From contig CAVNZM010000015.1 in assembly GCA_963693365.1 (NCBI GenBank), positions 806,001 through 870,000 of the forward strand: a stretch of DNA of 64,000 bases. The letters are read 5' to 3'. The notes below the pieces were generated by a model that was not told the DNA's origin, made no database searches, and saw only the letters and a list, made by a program, of their open reading frames with translations. How positions within the stretch are numbered: position 1 is the stretch's first letter; every line of letters begins with the position of its first letter. The stretch comes from Amoebidium appalachense. Its lineage: Eukaryota > Protista > Ichthyosporea. Positions 1 through 15,077 of this stretch are shown here, piece after piece. A program made the translations under genes and the position numbers.

Positions 1-333
1 CCTAATATGGAAGTAATCAGCCCCAATTAGGGCAGAAGCATAATGTTGGCCCAATCGATGTGAATTCTGCGATTCCACCTTACCAGTTGTTTGTGAAAAG
101 GGCTGGGTTGTTTTCTTAGAGGCTTTTGTGCGAGGGTTTCAAAGGTAGCAGATAAAACCTTTTTCACTGGCAAAAAAAGAACAAAGCCGTAAAGCCTCGT
201 AAAAACCCTAATCCTAACCTGCATGCTCGTTGGAATATCGGGTCAGAACCTCAGGCACACATTATCTAGATCAACACAAGAGGTTTCACTAAGGATATGT
301 GTGTGTTTGAGTGTGTGTGGGGGGGGGGGGGGG

Positions 334-418
<85 letters not shown>

Positions 419-505
419 AGGGGGGGAGAGGGGGGGGGGGGGGGGGGGGAGGAGGAGAAAGGTCGGAGGGGGAGGGATAAACGGCTTGAGAAGGAAACAA
501 AGCCC

Positions 506-536
<31 letters not shown>

Positions 537-2052
537 TACTCTAACATGTCTGCATTAATTTCTTCGTTGATGTGTCGTGGGGACACTGAAAGGGCAATAT
601 CCTGGGGGTAAGTTACGTGTAAGGTTACGTGATTAGTGAGTAGTGTGTTGTATGTGTATGATCGTTCTATAGATATAGGTGAAATGCGTGTCTGTGCTGA
701 TTTAGGCTAATAGATATGATCAGAGTACGTTAGATTTAACGCAGATTAGGACAGATTGCGATTAGATTACATTAGATTTGCTGTGGGACCGAAATGGATC
801 CCCATTACATCACTATAGATTTACCATAGATTAGAATGAGAGCTATGCTAAGTCTTACATAAATTAATGGTTTGTTCAGAGACCGACTTCTTTGATCGGC
901 ATCTGGTGAAAAAGGTCTTTAATTAAAATCACATTTATCCGGATAAAACCATTCTCTGTTTGTGTGTCGCTAACAAACAAATGGCACCGCTCAATAGAGG
1001 GGGGAAAAAAGGGCATACGGTTGAGTGTGGGGCTAAGTGGTTTCATTCGGTGTTTAGAGTCGAAAAAATACAAGCTAAAAAAGGGTAACTTAGCAAAGAG
1101 GATACATGCCTCCAAATTACATACCTTATTAAACCCACCATAGATGGAGATTCAAGGGAAAGAAGGGGAAAGAAGGGGAAAGAAGGGGAAAGAAGGGCAA
1201 GGAAGGGGAAGGAAGGGGAAAGAAGGGAAAGGAAGGGGAAGGAAGGGGAAAGAAGGGAAAGGAAGGGGAAGCAAGGGGAAGCAAGGGCAAAGGAGGGGAA
1301 GGAAGGGGAACGAAGGAAGGGAAAGGAAGGGGAAAATAGGGGAAGAGATGGGAAGGAAGGGGAAGGAAGGAAGGGGAAGGAATTGGAAGGAAGGGAAAGG
1401 AAACCACCTGCGAGGCCTCTGCCGGTTTCTCTCTCAGCTGGTTTGTGTCGTAGATGATCTCACCCAAGTTGCCCTTGTAGCCTAAAAACATAGCCGACAA
1501 GGTAAGAATCTCGTTTCTACTTTGTCCACAATCACAACCCCCCCCCCCCCCCCCCCCCCGCCGCCCCCCAACCACCACCACCACCACACCACCACACCAC
1601 CACACACACACACACACACCACCACCACAACAACAACCAAAACAAAACCAAAAAACAAAAAACATAAAAACAAAAACAAAAAAAAAAACCAAATCAAAAC
1701 AAAAAAAAAACCAAAAAAAAAAACACAAAAAAAAAACAACACACGAACTCTCTTAAAAAAAAAAAAAAAAAAAGTGCGGGGCGGGGCGGGGCGGGGAGGG
1801 GGGGGGGGGGGGGAGGGGGGGAGGACGAACCTTCCCCGACCCCCCCACCCTCTCCCATATCCGCTTTACCTAATATTCTCCCCTTGCTACATACATCCTT
1901 TCCTTCCCCCTTTCTCACATCCCACCGTTTTCACCACCGTTTCTTTCCGTCCTGTCTCAACTGTTCACTTCAACCACCCCAACTTCTCCGTCATCCCCCC
2001 TTCCCCCTCCCCCCCCCCTAAACACACACACACACACAAACACATACCCCTT

Positions 2053-2102
<50 letters not shown>

Positions 2103-2299
2103 CCGCCGCCGCCCTCCGCACGCACACACACACAGGCATGTACGCACGCATGCACACACGCACACGCACTTTGCTCTTCCTCCTAATCACCTCTCTCTCC
2201 TAGGCTAAGCAGCCACGAGAAACCGGGCAAGGGAGCGGGTAGAAGGAAAAAGGGGACCGAGCGGAGTGCAAGGTGGGGTAACCAGTCATACCATTCAAG

Positions 2300-2348
<49 letters not shown>

Positions 2349-2438
2349 AAAAAAACCACTTCTACCGCACAAACAGTTGACTTATTTGCATGAATGCAGT
2401 TTTGTGTTGTTTCGTTGGGGGGGAAACCAACTAACAAA

Positions 2439-2473
<35 letters not shown>

Positions 2474-4475
2474 AAATGGGTGGAAAAGGAAGAAGGTCAC
2501 GAGAAACAGTGAAAACAGGAAAACATGGGACACATTCCCCTCCCCACCTCCCTCCCTCCCCCTCCCCCCTCCCCCCCCCCCCAAAAAAATAAAACCCCAC
2601 ACAAAAAAAAAAAAGGGGGGGGGGGGGGGGGGGGGGGGGGGGGAGCACACCTAGTCTAGCAAAGTATACGGCAGCCCAGGGGGTGACGTGTGTTAGGCCA
2701 CTGTGCATTTTCCTATTTTGGTAAAAAATCTCGGGACAGGTGTTGCCTTTGTAGTCTCTGCCTACCTGTGGGGGTTGGGTGGGTGAATGGGTGGGTGGGT
2801 GTGGTATATGCTGGGGTTGGGGGGGGGGGGAGGGGGAGGAGGTTAGGTGGGTGCATCCGAGAGTGGGAGGGGGAGGGGGGAAGGGGGAGGGCAGAGAGGG
2901 AGAGAGCGAAGGTGTGTGTGAGAGAGAGGTGGGAAGGGGGGGGGGGGGGGGGGGGGGCGATCTCGTGGGGTCTGACGTTTAATGTTCCCTAATCATCGCA
3001 TCCTTTTTAAGGTGGGCGGAGGGTGAGAAGGGACGAGGGAGGTGTGTGTGTGTGTGCGTGTGTGTCGTGGTGGTGTGTGGGTAGGTGGTTAGGTGGGGGA
3101 GGGCGGGAAGGGGACGGGGGAGGGGGGAGGATGGGGCACAGTGAAGAGCCAGCCACACACACATTCCAGCGATGAGACACTGACCCACCCTGAAAGTGAT
3201 GTCATCAGGAGAAATGTTGACGTATGCATACGGAAGGGTTCGAAAGTGTGCCGTTGCCTCCTGTATCAAGCCATGTACACTCCTCTGCTGCCCTCCCCCG
3301 ATCTTTCCTGTGTGGTAAATGTGGGTGCACGTGGAGAACAGATGACGTTAGATGGCTAGGATGGCGAAAACGAAGTAGAAGCCGGGGCTAGCGGGCAGGG
3401 GGGGAGGGGGGAAGAGGGGATATAAGGACGTCCACACAAAGTGCATATAGCACTGTATGTGACCAAGCTTCAGGATTCGCTCCTTCCCCCCTCCCCCCTT
3501 CCCCTCCTCCCCCTCCCCCCCCCCCTCCCTCCCCACACACACACACACCCCATAAGTCCACCCCTCCCTCTGGCAAGAGAGGCAGGAACAACGTTAGCTG
3601 TTCAAGAACAGAGAGCAAAGCGGTTTATAGCTAACTACATGCACAAGCAGGCAAATATCAATCTCCTTCTTCTTCGTTGTAGGGTATATGGGCGGCAGAG
3701 GGGGGAAGGTGGTAGGGGGGGGGAGGACGTTGGGTGGGGGTAAGGGGCAGGAGGGGGTGGAGGGGGGGGGGGGGGGTTGGAGGGGCAGGGGTGGGGGGGG
3801 GGGGTGGGGGGAGGGGGGGGGAAGGGAAAATTACTAACCTGCATTTTCTGTTGACATGCCTGCTTTGTCTGTATCCGTGGCACTGGCACCGCTGTGCACG
3901 TAGCACCGAGCTGTGTGAATGTGTGGGGTTAGGTGTGTGGAAGAGTTGAACGATCATCGGCAGAGTTCGAAATCAGGCAGCAATGGAAGAAACACAAAGG
4001 AGAGAGCCTATGTCCATCTTAAGCATTGCCCCTCTCGAGTATTCTCTTCTCGCCTAAATAAAATTTAAAACCCCCACTTCCCCCTCCCCCTCTCCCCCCC
4101 CCCCCCCCCCTCCCCCCCCCCCCCCCCTCCCCCCCCTCCCTGCCCTCTCCGCCCTTTCACTGACACTTAGACAAGGTAAGGTAGGAAAACTTATGTGGTT
4201 CACTTTGACACACAAACAGAACTAGGGTGTGTGCGGCCCCTCTCCCCTAAAGATGCACGAAGAAGCAGAAACTGAGAGAACAAAGAGAGAGGGAGAGGCA
4301 GAGTGGGCGGCCCCCGGAGGGTGGAAGGAAGAGGGGGGCGACCGCCTGACCAACAGGGGGGAAGGGGGTGGGCGGGGGGCGGGGGGGGGGGGGGGGGGGG
4401 GGGGGGACCTGTTGTGCACAGCACTTGTGTCAGGTTCCTGGACACATCACGTAGTGGAGTCTTTAGTGCAAGCAT
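1..4475 (-). CDS. Paralogue A of putative mitochondrial ssDNA-binding (gp2.5-like OB-fold) protein family; 5' six exons, continues off left edge
   Basis: Exons 4475-4409, 3910-3839, 3307-3189, 2765-2651, 1481-1408, 601-540, all GT-AG and phase-compatible; next acceptor (CATATTAG) probably at positions 2-3. Translation MLALKTPLRDVSRNLTQVLCTTARCYVHSGAS...AYVNISPDDITFRVGRDYKGNTCPEIFY...GLTHVTPWAAVYFARLGYKGNLGEIIYDTNQLREKPAEASQDIALSVSPRHINEEINADML. Exons of 115/74/62 nt are the same length as in B and C. The exon 1 boundary is the least certain. Confidence 0.8.
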
Positions 4476-6578
4476 TTTCACGAGCTCAATAACCACCCAG
4501 GAATAAAAATAAAACGGTGTCAACAACAAAAGGCAGGTGCGCAGGGCCTAACTGATGAGCCTGCAGTTGTACTACTTTGACTGAGAACGTATGACTCTGA
4601 GCTGAACGGCCGCGTCCCCAAAAACCCATTGTATGACAGGTCAATCGTGTACGACCCCATTTTCACATTTGTGTATAGAAAGTAGTAGCTACCGAAAACC
4701 CCTCCTACTTATTTCTTGTGCAGATTTATCATTAAATACTTAGCATTAATATCAATCAATAAATATCAATTAATATTAATAGATCTTTTCTTATGTAACT
4801 TGGCCAAATCCCGGAATTCTATTCTCAAAAGAAAACAAAATCTAAATTCGCAGTGCTGTGGCCCAGTACTGTGCTGGGAGCGTGAGGCATAAAGAGCCTG
4901 AAACAGCAGGAAACCTTTGAAACCGCTCGAAAAAACTTATAAACATTATGACAAAAGCAAAAATGAAGGTCCAGGTACTGCCTATGCGTTCTATTAATTT
5001 ATATTATTTTTTTTTTCATATTTGAATGACCTTTTGGAAGCTTTTGATGATCGATTTTGGTACAACTTGGTGTTGCAATTGAGAGAGAGAAAAAAACCCC
5101 GCTGATCGCTCCCCGAACAAACCCTTGGGGTTTACACACTTTTTATTGCGTGGACACTGCCGGAGGCCCAGCCACATTCGACGGCCTACTGCGTTTTCCA
5201 GCACAGCCAATCAAATGCAGCCAGTGACATATGTACTACCTAGGCAACAATGAGCGCCATCGTAGTATAGGACACCCCTATTACATATTATGGGTAAACA
5301 GAGGCTAGCATCGGTAGCTCCGAAAGAAAGTTAAGGCACCGAATCACAATATCATACTGTGCAGCATTAATAAGGTGATATAGGATAGTCATCTTAAAAC
5401 GGATATATTGAGGAAGAGAGGAAGAAAAGAGAATAAAACCGCCAATAACCTCCGGTTCTAATACATTAGCTAACAGGTTGCATTTATTTATAGATCTGCA
5501 ACTAGGATTTGCCCTTCTCTAACAATACTGCTTATATTTGTTCATGACAATAAGCCAACCAGAAAGGTTTTTTTGTTTACAGCCCTTTAATATACCCTTC
5601 ACTATGTCCCTACCCTACGGTAGGGTTATAATTGCCGGCGTCGAAGTCGGCTTTTGATCTACCCGGCATTATCCGATCTGGATTCCAGAAATGCATCGCA
5701 TTGCGGCTGACCGTGATCATCCCCGGCGCGAAAAATTCCGCACAAGATTGTTGAATTGTTATATTATGTGTATATATATACCCTATAAATATTTTACAAT
5801 CATAATAACTCATATATATGCATAAATGCTTAGCGTTTGCCTTTTTTTTTTATATCAACGGGTGATTGTTTAACTTAGCGGTTTGTATATTTACCTCGAG
5901 AATACCGGTAGGGTAGAAATACTTGGTACATGTGCTCTAATGATTTAAGCGACGCGGCGTTTAGGGGCGAATCATACAGATCGATTCGGCTTAAACAAAC
6001 TTTTATCAATTTAGACATTCTGAAAAAAAATTCGAAGTCACTCGCGGCTCCAATGTCTGATCACCAGTGTGGATCGATATATATATATATAAATTTATAA
6101 TATTAAGAATTGGACCGTCGACCGACCTCCCCCACACATGCGAGTCTTAGGGGATCTTACAGACCTAGAGGAAGCCAATAGGAATGCGTCCCTTTGTCCC
6201 GCCCCACAATGACCGTGTTGGTACGTTATGTACGTATACCGCGCTGCATAAGCGTATTGTTGGGACTACAATTGAAAGTAGTGTTTATTGTCTATAATAA
6301 CCTTTGTGTAAACTAAGTTAATAATATTACATAGGTTGTGCCCATTAAGAGGCGTTTTATGCCTGGTAATTACCAAAGAGTCTGACCCACTCTGTTGTGA
6401 AACGGCTACCAATAGGATTTTAGCCCGCCAAATGCAAAGCAATTGATTGGTCACAATAGGTACACCTACCCAGCCCACACAAAAAGCCAAAAAAAGAATA
6501 ACAGAAAAAACATTTGTCAAAGTGGTCGCATTTTGCTCGGAAGCGTTTTCATCTTCTGTAACGGAAAAAGAGAGGAAA

Positions 6579-6984
6579 ATGCTCGCACGCAGCGCTGCTC
6601 GTCTCTCCGGCCTCGGTAAGTTGACCTTGCCCATCTCCCCCTCCCCCTCCCCCTCTGCTCCCCCCTCGATCCTCCCCCCTCCCCCTCCCTGTCTTCCCCA
6701 CCCTTCCCCTCTCCCTTCCCTGCCGTAAACACACACACACATACCGTTACACCTTCAGAACACCTTCTCCCTCCTGTGTTTATAGTTTGCATCCCTTGCA
6801 GGCTTTGCACTAAAGCACTTCTTTCCGGCCCGAGCGTTCTAAAGGAATTACAGAGAAAAAGGGAAGGGGGAACAGACATAACGTAGTTTCTCACAACTCT
6901 CACCACAGCGGCCACCTTCCCGGCTGTGCGTACCCTGCACTCGACAGCCGTGCGCGCTTCTGTCGAGGCCACAGCAGGTAAGCG

Positions 6985-7035
<51 letters not shown>

Positions 7036-7270
7036 CCCCCCCCCGTAAAAACCCTCTCTCGAACCGTTGAAACATCTTCACTCCAGCTGCGGCTCAAGCA
7101 ACAATTGTGCACGAATTCCGTCCTCGAATTCCGTCCTTGTTACCATCGTAGCACGTCAAGTCCAGAGTTTGATGCCGCAATACTGCCCTGGAAGCGGTCA
7201 CCAAACTCTCTAATTCTGTTTTCCTCCATGAGCTCCCCATCCCCCCCCCTCTCCCCCCCCCCCCCCACAC

Positions 7271-7301
<31 letters not shown>

Positions 7302-7624
7302 CCACCACCACTACCACCCCCCGGGAGTCTTCTGTCCTTCTCCCATACATTCCCGTCTCCTGCCACCCTACCCCCCCCCCCCACCCTCTCCCCCTATGTT
7401 CCTCTCTCCTCATGGGTCCCGAGGTCCTAACACGGAACTCACCCTCCTCCCCCCCCCCCCCCCCCCCCGGCCTGCCCCCTCCCCCCCCCCCCCCCCCCAG
7501 ACGAGGATGTTGCGCCGACTGTGCAAGAGTTGGTGGAGGAGGGCATGGAGGTGTTCCGAAAAACCCCCGGGGCCTACTTCAACTTCGACCCTGCAGACAT
7601 CACCTTCACAGTACCCCCCCCCCC

Positions 7625-7673
<49 letters not shown>

Positions 7674-9056
7674 GCATATTTCTTAATCACCTGAACATGC
7701 TAGATCAATCTGCGTCCCATTTATTCTGTCTTTGCTCTTGGTTGTGTCTTTGTTTCTTGGTCGGTGTACCGGTTTCCAACCACCCCCTCTGCTCCTACCT
7801 GCACGGTTGACCCATATTCCGGTATTTTTGTTTGTGCTTGCCGTATATTTCAGGTGCGCAGGGACTTTCGCACCATTATCCCTCAATCATTGGGAAGCTC
7901 TCGACACGTACTTCTCACCGCGTCAATTGTACCTACAGGAATTAGGTTAACAGATACCTTGCATTCTCAGTGATTTATGCACATTAGAGGTATTCCGGTG
8001 TTTTTGTTGCTGAATTCCGTGTTTCCCAGGTGGGCAAGGACTACCGAAACAACCCGTGCCCGGAGATGCGCCACCGCAACGAACTGCTGCCATTCGGCCT
8101 TGATCACGTGACCCCCTGGGCTCTCGTCTACTACGCAAAGATGGGTGCGTGCTGCCTTGCATGCGGGCAGGAACGGGGGGGGGGGGGGGGGGAGGGGGGG
8201 GGGGGTGGTTATGTGCAGGCTGTAGAGAACACTGCTGGGCAGGGAAGATGTGTGTGTGTGTGGAGGTGGTGAGGGGGGAGGGAGGGGGGAGAGGGGGAGG
8301 AGGGAGGACGGGGGTTGTTGTGGACTGGGAAAGATGATTCATGGACGAAGAGGGAGAAAGGTGTAGAGAGAAGACTCGTGGGAAGGGCTGTTGGGTGTCA
8401 CTTATGGCTCGAAAGAGGTGGAGGTGGCGCCCCGGGGGAGGGGGGGGGGGGGGGGGGGGGGGGGATTTGGGAGGGTGTAGATTTATTGCAAGTCAGCTTT
8501 ACAGGAAACGGTGTCTGTAACCAGTGTAAAAGGGCAAATGTGGATGCATCGACAAAGTTAGTGGAGAAAATTGCACGATGGGCGAGCCTATGAGTTGACG
8601 GTGTGCTTGTAGGGATTGAGGGTGGGTAGATGGTGGTGGTGGTGGTGGTGGGAGAGGAGGGGACAGGAGGAGGAGTGGGAGGGGAGGGGGGGGGGGGGGG
8701 GGGGGGGGGAAGGGGGACGGGGGATTTCTAGCTGTTTGTACTTATGAATCCGTATTTTGTTATCATAGAATGAATAACTCACCGGATTGCCGGTGGCCAT
8801 TCCACATGGGAATCCTGTTTGCCATTCTGAAGGCATCCATTCCAAATCTCCTTTTTTGTACCATGGAAACAATTGTGATTGGTGCGCATTCGTATTCACC
8901 AATCGCAGCAGCTGTCGGAAATCCAATATCACAGGGGGTGGGGGGTATGGGGAGCTACGGTTGTGTTTCTGACATTTCTATACTCCGTTATTCTCCCTCG
9001 CTCCTTCCACTCCCTCCCCCTTCGCTCCCTCACTGCCCCCACCTCCCCCTCCCCCC

Positions 9057-9087
<31 letters not shown>

Positions 9088-9861
9088 ACACACCCGTGGT
9101 GGTGATTTTTTATTATGTGATTTTATATTTAGGCTTAAAGGGCAACCTTGGTGAGAAGATCTACAACAGCAACCAGATCAGAGAGAACCCGGCAGACGCA
9201 AACTACGTAGGCACAACCCTCCCCCCCCCCCGTTTGGCCCAAAATCCTTGCTCTATTCCTAACCCCCTCCCCCTTCACGGAATCCTTCCCCTCTCTCTTT
9301 TCTGAATGCTGTTGTAAACGTGGGGAGGCGGGTTACTGACCTTCTAGACGTGTTTACATGTAAAAGTACACCACAACTCCCTCGCAAACCTCCATATCCC
9401 ACTCTTGTCACCACTTGAACTTTTCCTCCTCCGTTTGCAGATTTTTTAGAATACCCATATGTTAGTATTGATGGTATAGTCAGGATCGGTAATGGTGTGT
9501 CAGGCTTAGCTGATGGCACTAGAGGGCCCTAGCTAGAGTATAGTCGGTGCTGGGTGGAAGGCGGTAGTTCCTCTGAGGGCCCCCTGGGTGTCTCTCCGGG
9601 ATTAAAACTTGACAAAACAAAACAAAAGAAATGTTGTATTTATGGAATACATCGTGTTTTGTCTCTGTGAGCACCTGTATGTGCATGTCTGTTGCCCAGA
9701 TCTGTAATTTGTTTCTGTGTTTTCGTATTTGTCTATTGCTTTTGCTGTTATTCTGAGCAAATATCACGCTCATAAACCCCACCTCTATACAGGAGCTGGG
9801 CCTGATTGTTGGTAAACGTCATCGTGGTGAAACGATAAACCAGGACTTAGTCGAGTGAGAG

Positions 9862-9896
<35 letters not shown>

Positions 9897-10253
9897 CTTT
9901 TAACCCCCCCAACCCCCCCCCCCCTCCACCCCCCCCCCCCCACCTCCCCCCTCCCCCCCAAAAAAATACTTACCCCTTTCTTTTATACCTTCCTCTTCTA
10001 CTTCTTTTTCCCTCCTCCATTTTCCCATCTGATCCCCATCCTCCCACCTACTGTCTTCCCGCCCTGGCGTATGTGTTGGTTATATGATTACGCGGACGTA
10101 TATGATTCTGTTGGGCTACCCATCCAACTCTGAAACTTCTATGGACATCAAGGGTCCTTCCCCCCCCCCCCCCCCTTTCTCCTCCCTCCCTCCCATCCCT
10201 TCTCTCCCCCCCCCCCCCCCCCCTCAACCACCACCATGGCACAACAAGAGGAC

Positions 10254-10284
<31 letters not shown>

Positions 10285-10998
10285 CTCTTTCCCTGAGGAT
10301 GGGCTCGGCTTATGACGCATACTGTGCACATGACTGATGTTGCATAATTGAATGTTTGCCTTTGCATGTGTCCTGCACCATGCTTCTCGTCGTGTATGCG
10401 TACTTCGTACCGTGTTCCGCATTCAAACCCCCCCTCTTTCTCTGTCTCTAACCCCCCCCATGTAGATGACTTGGCCCCCCCAGAGGAGGGACTTTGCTTA
10501 TTTATGATGCAGAGTATGTGTGCGCTTACACATTCTGTTCTGTTGTCCGTCGTCGATGTGCACTTCGTATACAGTGGCATATGTTAAACCTCCTACCCCC
10601 CTCCTCCCCGCCCCCCCTCTCCCGCCCCACACACACACGCGCGCGCGCACGCACACGCACACACTTGTTAACAGAATATCCGACCAATCTGTCATACATT
10701 TAGAAACTGATTGTTTAAATTTCTAGATTTATGCAGCTACTGCAAGTGGCTTTTTTTTTTATTAACTTTAAATTCTATGCAGCTACTGCAAGTGGCTCAT
10801 GTGTTTTAACTTAAAATATTATGCAGCTACTGCAATTGGCTAAGCACCATTGACGACAAACTGAGCGAGCACATTGCCGACAACCTGGATGCCTACGCCA
10901 AGATTAAGGCAAAGTACATGGTATGTGTCCATCCCCTCCCCCCTCCCCCCCCCGACACACATACACACATACACACACACAAATAAGTACATGCACAT

Positions 10999-11050
<52 letters not shown>

Positions 11051-11137
11051 GCCCCACCGTCGAGAGATCGGTTATTTCTTCACCTTATTATGCTGTAGCC
11101 GTTTGGAAAACACAGATGAAAGATGATTGGAAGGGTA

Positions 11138-11178
<41 letters not shown>

Positions 11179-11622
11179 GTGCGCTCGTGCGCGCTCACCT
11201 GCGTGCGCATGTGCGTGTGATGTTTTTTTTTGTGGGTGATGTTTTTTTTTGTGGGGGGGGGAGGGGGAGGGGGGGGGGGGGGGGGGGGCTTATTATTCGT
11301 TTCTTCATTCCTTTACTGTGTGCACGTACTCACTGTGTGCACGTACTCACTGTGTGCACATAGTGAGTACGTGCACACAGTGAGTACGTGCATATACTCA
11401 CTGTATGCACGTACCCACTGTGTGCACGTACCCACTGTGTGCACGTACTCTGTGTGCACGTACTCACTGTGTGCACGTACCCACTCTGTGCACAGAGTGG
11501 GCCCAAGAAGGACATCAGCCTTATCCATGCCATGATCCGCAGCAGCATGAGCTCATCGGTGAGGCGCAAGAGAGATGAGACAGGTGGGATAACGCCCTTT
11601 CCCGCGAACACACACACACACA

Positions 11623-11701
<79 letters not shown>

Positions 11702-13093
11702 CTCTCTCTCCTCTCTCTCTTCTCTCTCTCTCATTCCCTCCCTCTACCTCCCTCCCTTCCTCCTTCCCTCCCTCCCTCCCTCCCTCCCTCCCTCCCTCCG
11801 TCTCCCTCTCTCTCTCTCTCTCTCCCCTCTCCAACCTACCTCTTCCAATATCCCATTTGTTTGCGAGCATTATGGGGCAGCAGTAACCCATAAAAGGCTA
11901 ATCCGATTCCCCCCTGCCCAATCAGGCAACGACCTGGAGGGGACGGACTATGTGATTGCTGGGCAACGCATGTTCTTCCGCGCAAAGAAGGAGGCCACCC
12001 AGTTCGACTGCGAGTGGGACCAGAAGGTAAAAATAGACCGGTCACGTGCCTGGCATGGCTGCAGGCACACCATATGCTTAAGCACACACTCGTGCCTTCT
12101 CTAGGCACACACCACACACACACTAGACACACACAACGATTGCAGTTTCCCCAATGAAAATACGAGAACTGTCACGTGAATTACCCATATTTGCACATCC
12201 AAGGGTGAAGTTTATACGCAAACACACCTAAAACATGCTCACACGTACAACACGCACACACATGTGCCAAACACAAGTGTGTGTGTGTGTGCGTGCATGC
12301 ACATGCATTACAATATAATCCACAGTCATATACAAAATCGATCACGCCACCATGTTTGTCTGCCTGTGCGCATGAATACATACACATGCACATTCACCCT
12401 CAAACATGCACCGATGCATGCACACATACACACACACACACTCCCTCTCCCTGCCGCTCACTTGCTCACTCATGTGCACACTCATTCCATTGCACACGCG
12501 CGCTCAAACACACACGCACACACATACACACATGCACGCACGCACGCACGGACGCACACACACACACACACACACACACGCGCACACACACACACACACA
12601 CACACAGGTGTATGCTGCCGAGGGTCTTGTGCGTCGCAAGGTTCGCATCTTCGATGCCCACCACAGGCAGATTCCTCTGATCAAAACTCCCGTCCGGTCG
12701 GCCAACATTGTCTCTGCAGTCCTTACCGTAAATTCTCCCCATCACACCTTCATATTTTCTTCGTTTTCCTTAAGTATCGGTCTTCATTTTTTTTTGTTGG
12801 TCGTAGAAGGGGGATACAAAATACTCTTAGTAGTGAACGAGACTGGACTAGATGGAACTGAGATCGTTGAACTTGCACGTACGTGTGCATCTATTGCATT
12901 TTCAACAGGCATCCGTGCATAAGTATGACCAGCAAAGAGAAAATTCGAATGTTTTGACCAACAAATAATACACGCACATCACAGATGCACACACATGTTG
13001 ACTCACTTCAGCACAAAAGCATGATATAAAGCATTCATGAAGCCACCTGCTAACAATCACACTCACCCTGTGCATCTGCACGCACACGGGGGC

Positions 13094-13167
<74 letters not shown>

Positions 13168-14226
13168 CTGCACCCCAACATGTTTGAGCACTTCTACGGG
13201 ATGAAGCGCAAGGTTGCGTCCATCACCATTCTGACCGATGCCGAGCGCCAAGGCAGAGGCAACCGTGGACCCCAACAGCCCTACGCTGAGTTAGTTCCCT
13301 CCCCCCCCCCCCCCCCCCCCCCCACCCCTGTGCGCATTGCTGATACACATACTTTGAATGTTTGCCTTTGCATGTGTCCTGCATCATGCTTCTCATCGCG
13401 TATGTGCACTTCGTACGGTGTTCCGCATTCGCATCCCCCCCCCCCCCCCCCCCCCCCCCCCCTGCTCCCTACACATTGACATCGTGACATGCAGTCACAC
13501 ACGCATGCATGCACGTATACACTCGCACTCACACACAGACTCGCATATACGCACACTGTAAATGATTCACATTCACTCACATACCACAAGGAACCACTGT
13601 TCCACCATCTTGAGAGCTTCCATTTGAGTTTTTTTACGGATGTGAATTTGTAATTTGCACTCCGTTTCTTCAGCCCCCGAAACCTTCACCGGCTCAATTC
13701 GTCTACGCCCCTATTCACCTTTTTTGCAATTCCGACCTATCTAGTCACTAATGTTTTGTGTCACTGTGTTTTTGATGATCCGTCCTTGCCCCTCACCCCA
13801 TCTCACTGTTCTTTTTGAACCATTCCCTTTTTTTTTTTTTTTTCCTTCCCATTTTGCTCCTCCTTTCTCTTGTTTTTCTCATAATGTGCTTTTCTTCCTT
13901 TCGAAGGCCTTTTTTCACCAAAATAACATGATGCCAAGAATAATTTGTGACGCCTCACACGTGCACATGGATGTACACATACATATGCCCACACACACAC
14001 ACACTGGCACGTGCTTTTATGTACACACTAGGCCACAGGTACATAAACACGTATATCACAGGTACTGCCACACGTGTACACATAGATTTGTACTTCCCCA
14101 CATGGAGACTCACAGGGGCAAAAATGCGCCAGAACACACTGCACAGGCACGTAAAACCACATACGCAGGTTCTTAAACTTGAGTGTGCCTTGACACACAC
14201 CCAAACACTACCTCAAAAATTGCACA

Positions 14227-14262
<36 letters not shown>

Positions 14263-14351
14263 ACGCATCTAAAGCATAGGCTAACACATGCAATGTGTTT
14301 GCATGCACCCACAGGAAATCATTTGAAGGCGGCTACCAGTTTAAGGGCTGA
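6579..14351 (+). CDS. Paralogue B, complete 12-exon gene (342 aa), putative mitochondrial gp2.5-like ssDNA-binding protein
   Basis: Exons 6579-6615, 6909-6977, 7501-7610, 8030-8144, 9133-9206, 9793-9854, 10827-10920, 11496-11583, 11926-12026, 12608-12727, 13168-13289, 14315-14351 splice into one ORF: [29 protein letters not shown]...[14 protein letters not shown]...[44 protein letters not shown]...[20 protein letters not shown]...[54 protein letters not shown]...[11 protein letters not shown]. Every exon has a homologue in C. The structure is well supported; the function is inferred. Confidence 0.88.
10291..10590 (+). repeat. Two adjacent copies of the poly-C-anchored dispersed repeat (intron 6 of B)
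   Basis: CCCTGAGGATGGGCTC...TACTTCGTACCGTGTTCCGCATTCAAA-C(n), followed by a degenerate copy of the related subfamily; matches copies at 34160 and 49420. Confidence 0.8.
11315..11495 (+). repeat. 17-bp minisatellite (CACGTACTCACTGTGTG) ending at the exon 8 acceptor of B
   Basis: About 10 units, two of them inverted (11361-11390), running directly into CACAG/AGTGGG. Confidence 0.85.
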
Positions 14352-15033
14352 GCACCCCAAACACCTTTTATGGGTAATCGAATGTCAGAGATATGCCGAT
14401 TACCCGGGACAGTTCCAGCAGGAGATTTGGAGTGAGTGGGCAGCGTTGTTGTACTATCGACATGACAATGAGTGCTACATTATGAAAGGGAATACGGGTA
14501 TGACCGTAGTTTATATATCCAAAAAGATCTCATATGGTGTTAAGTTTGTGTAGATTACGTACAGCTCTTACCGCTGGGAAAATAGGCTTGCACTTGCAGA
14601 ATACATAAGTAACACATTTTATAAATCTGAGGCTGTATACTGCGATGTGTTATGCCTGGCTATGCCGTCGTCATTATAATAAAAACAAATCGCCTGTAAA
14701 CTGTTAGGCCGATGGTTGTCCTTACTACCGAATATTGTCATATTTTCTGCTTTTCGGGCAGAATGGCGTGTCGTGTGCAAATACAAATACGCCTTGTAAT
14801 GCTAATACAGACATTGAGCATTGTGTTGTCTCTCCTCCCCCCCCCCCCCCCCCTCCTCCCCCCCCCCTCCCCGAGGGGAAGAAGAACACAAAAAAAAAAA
14901 ATCACACCACCGGTACCACCACCACTACTAACCTACCCACTCTTCTCTTGCCCCACACATGCACACACGTATATGCACACACATACCAGCGCACACACAC
15001 ACGTGAATACCCACTGAGTTTTGCCCGTTGCAC

Positions 15034-15077
<44 letters not shown>

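Noticed and set aside
5610-5916. Short inverted repeat CTACCCTAC(C)GGTA at both ends of ~300 bp between A and B
   Set aside because: Only ~13 bp, imperfect, no TSD; cannot be called a MITE.
13590-13750. Candidate last exons for gene B
   Set aside because: No similarity to C; the exon at 14315-14351 ([11 protein letters not shown]) matches C in length and sequence.
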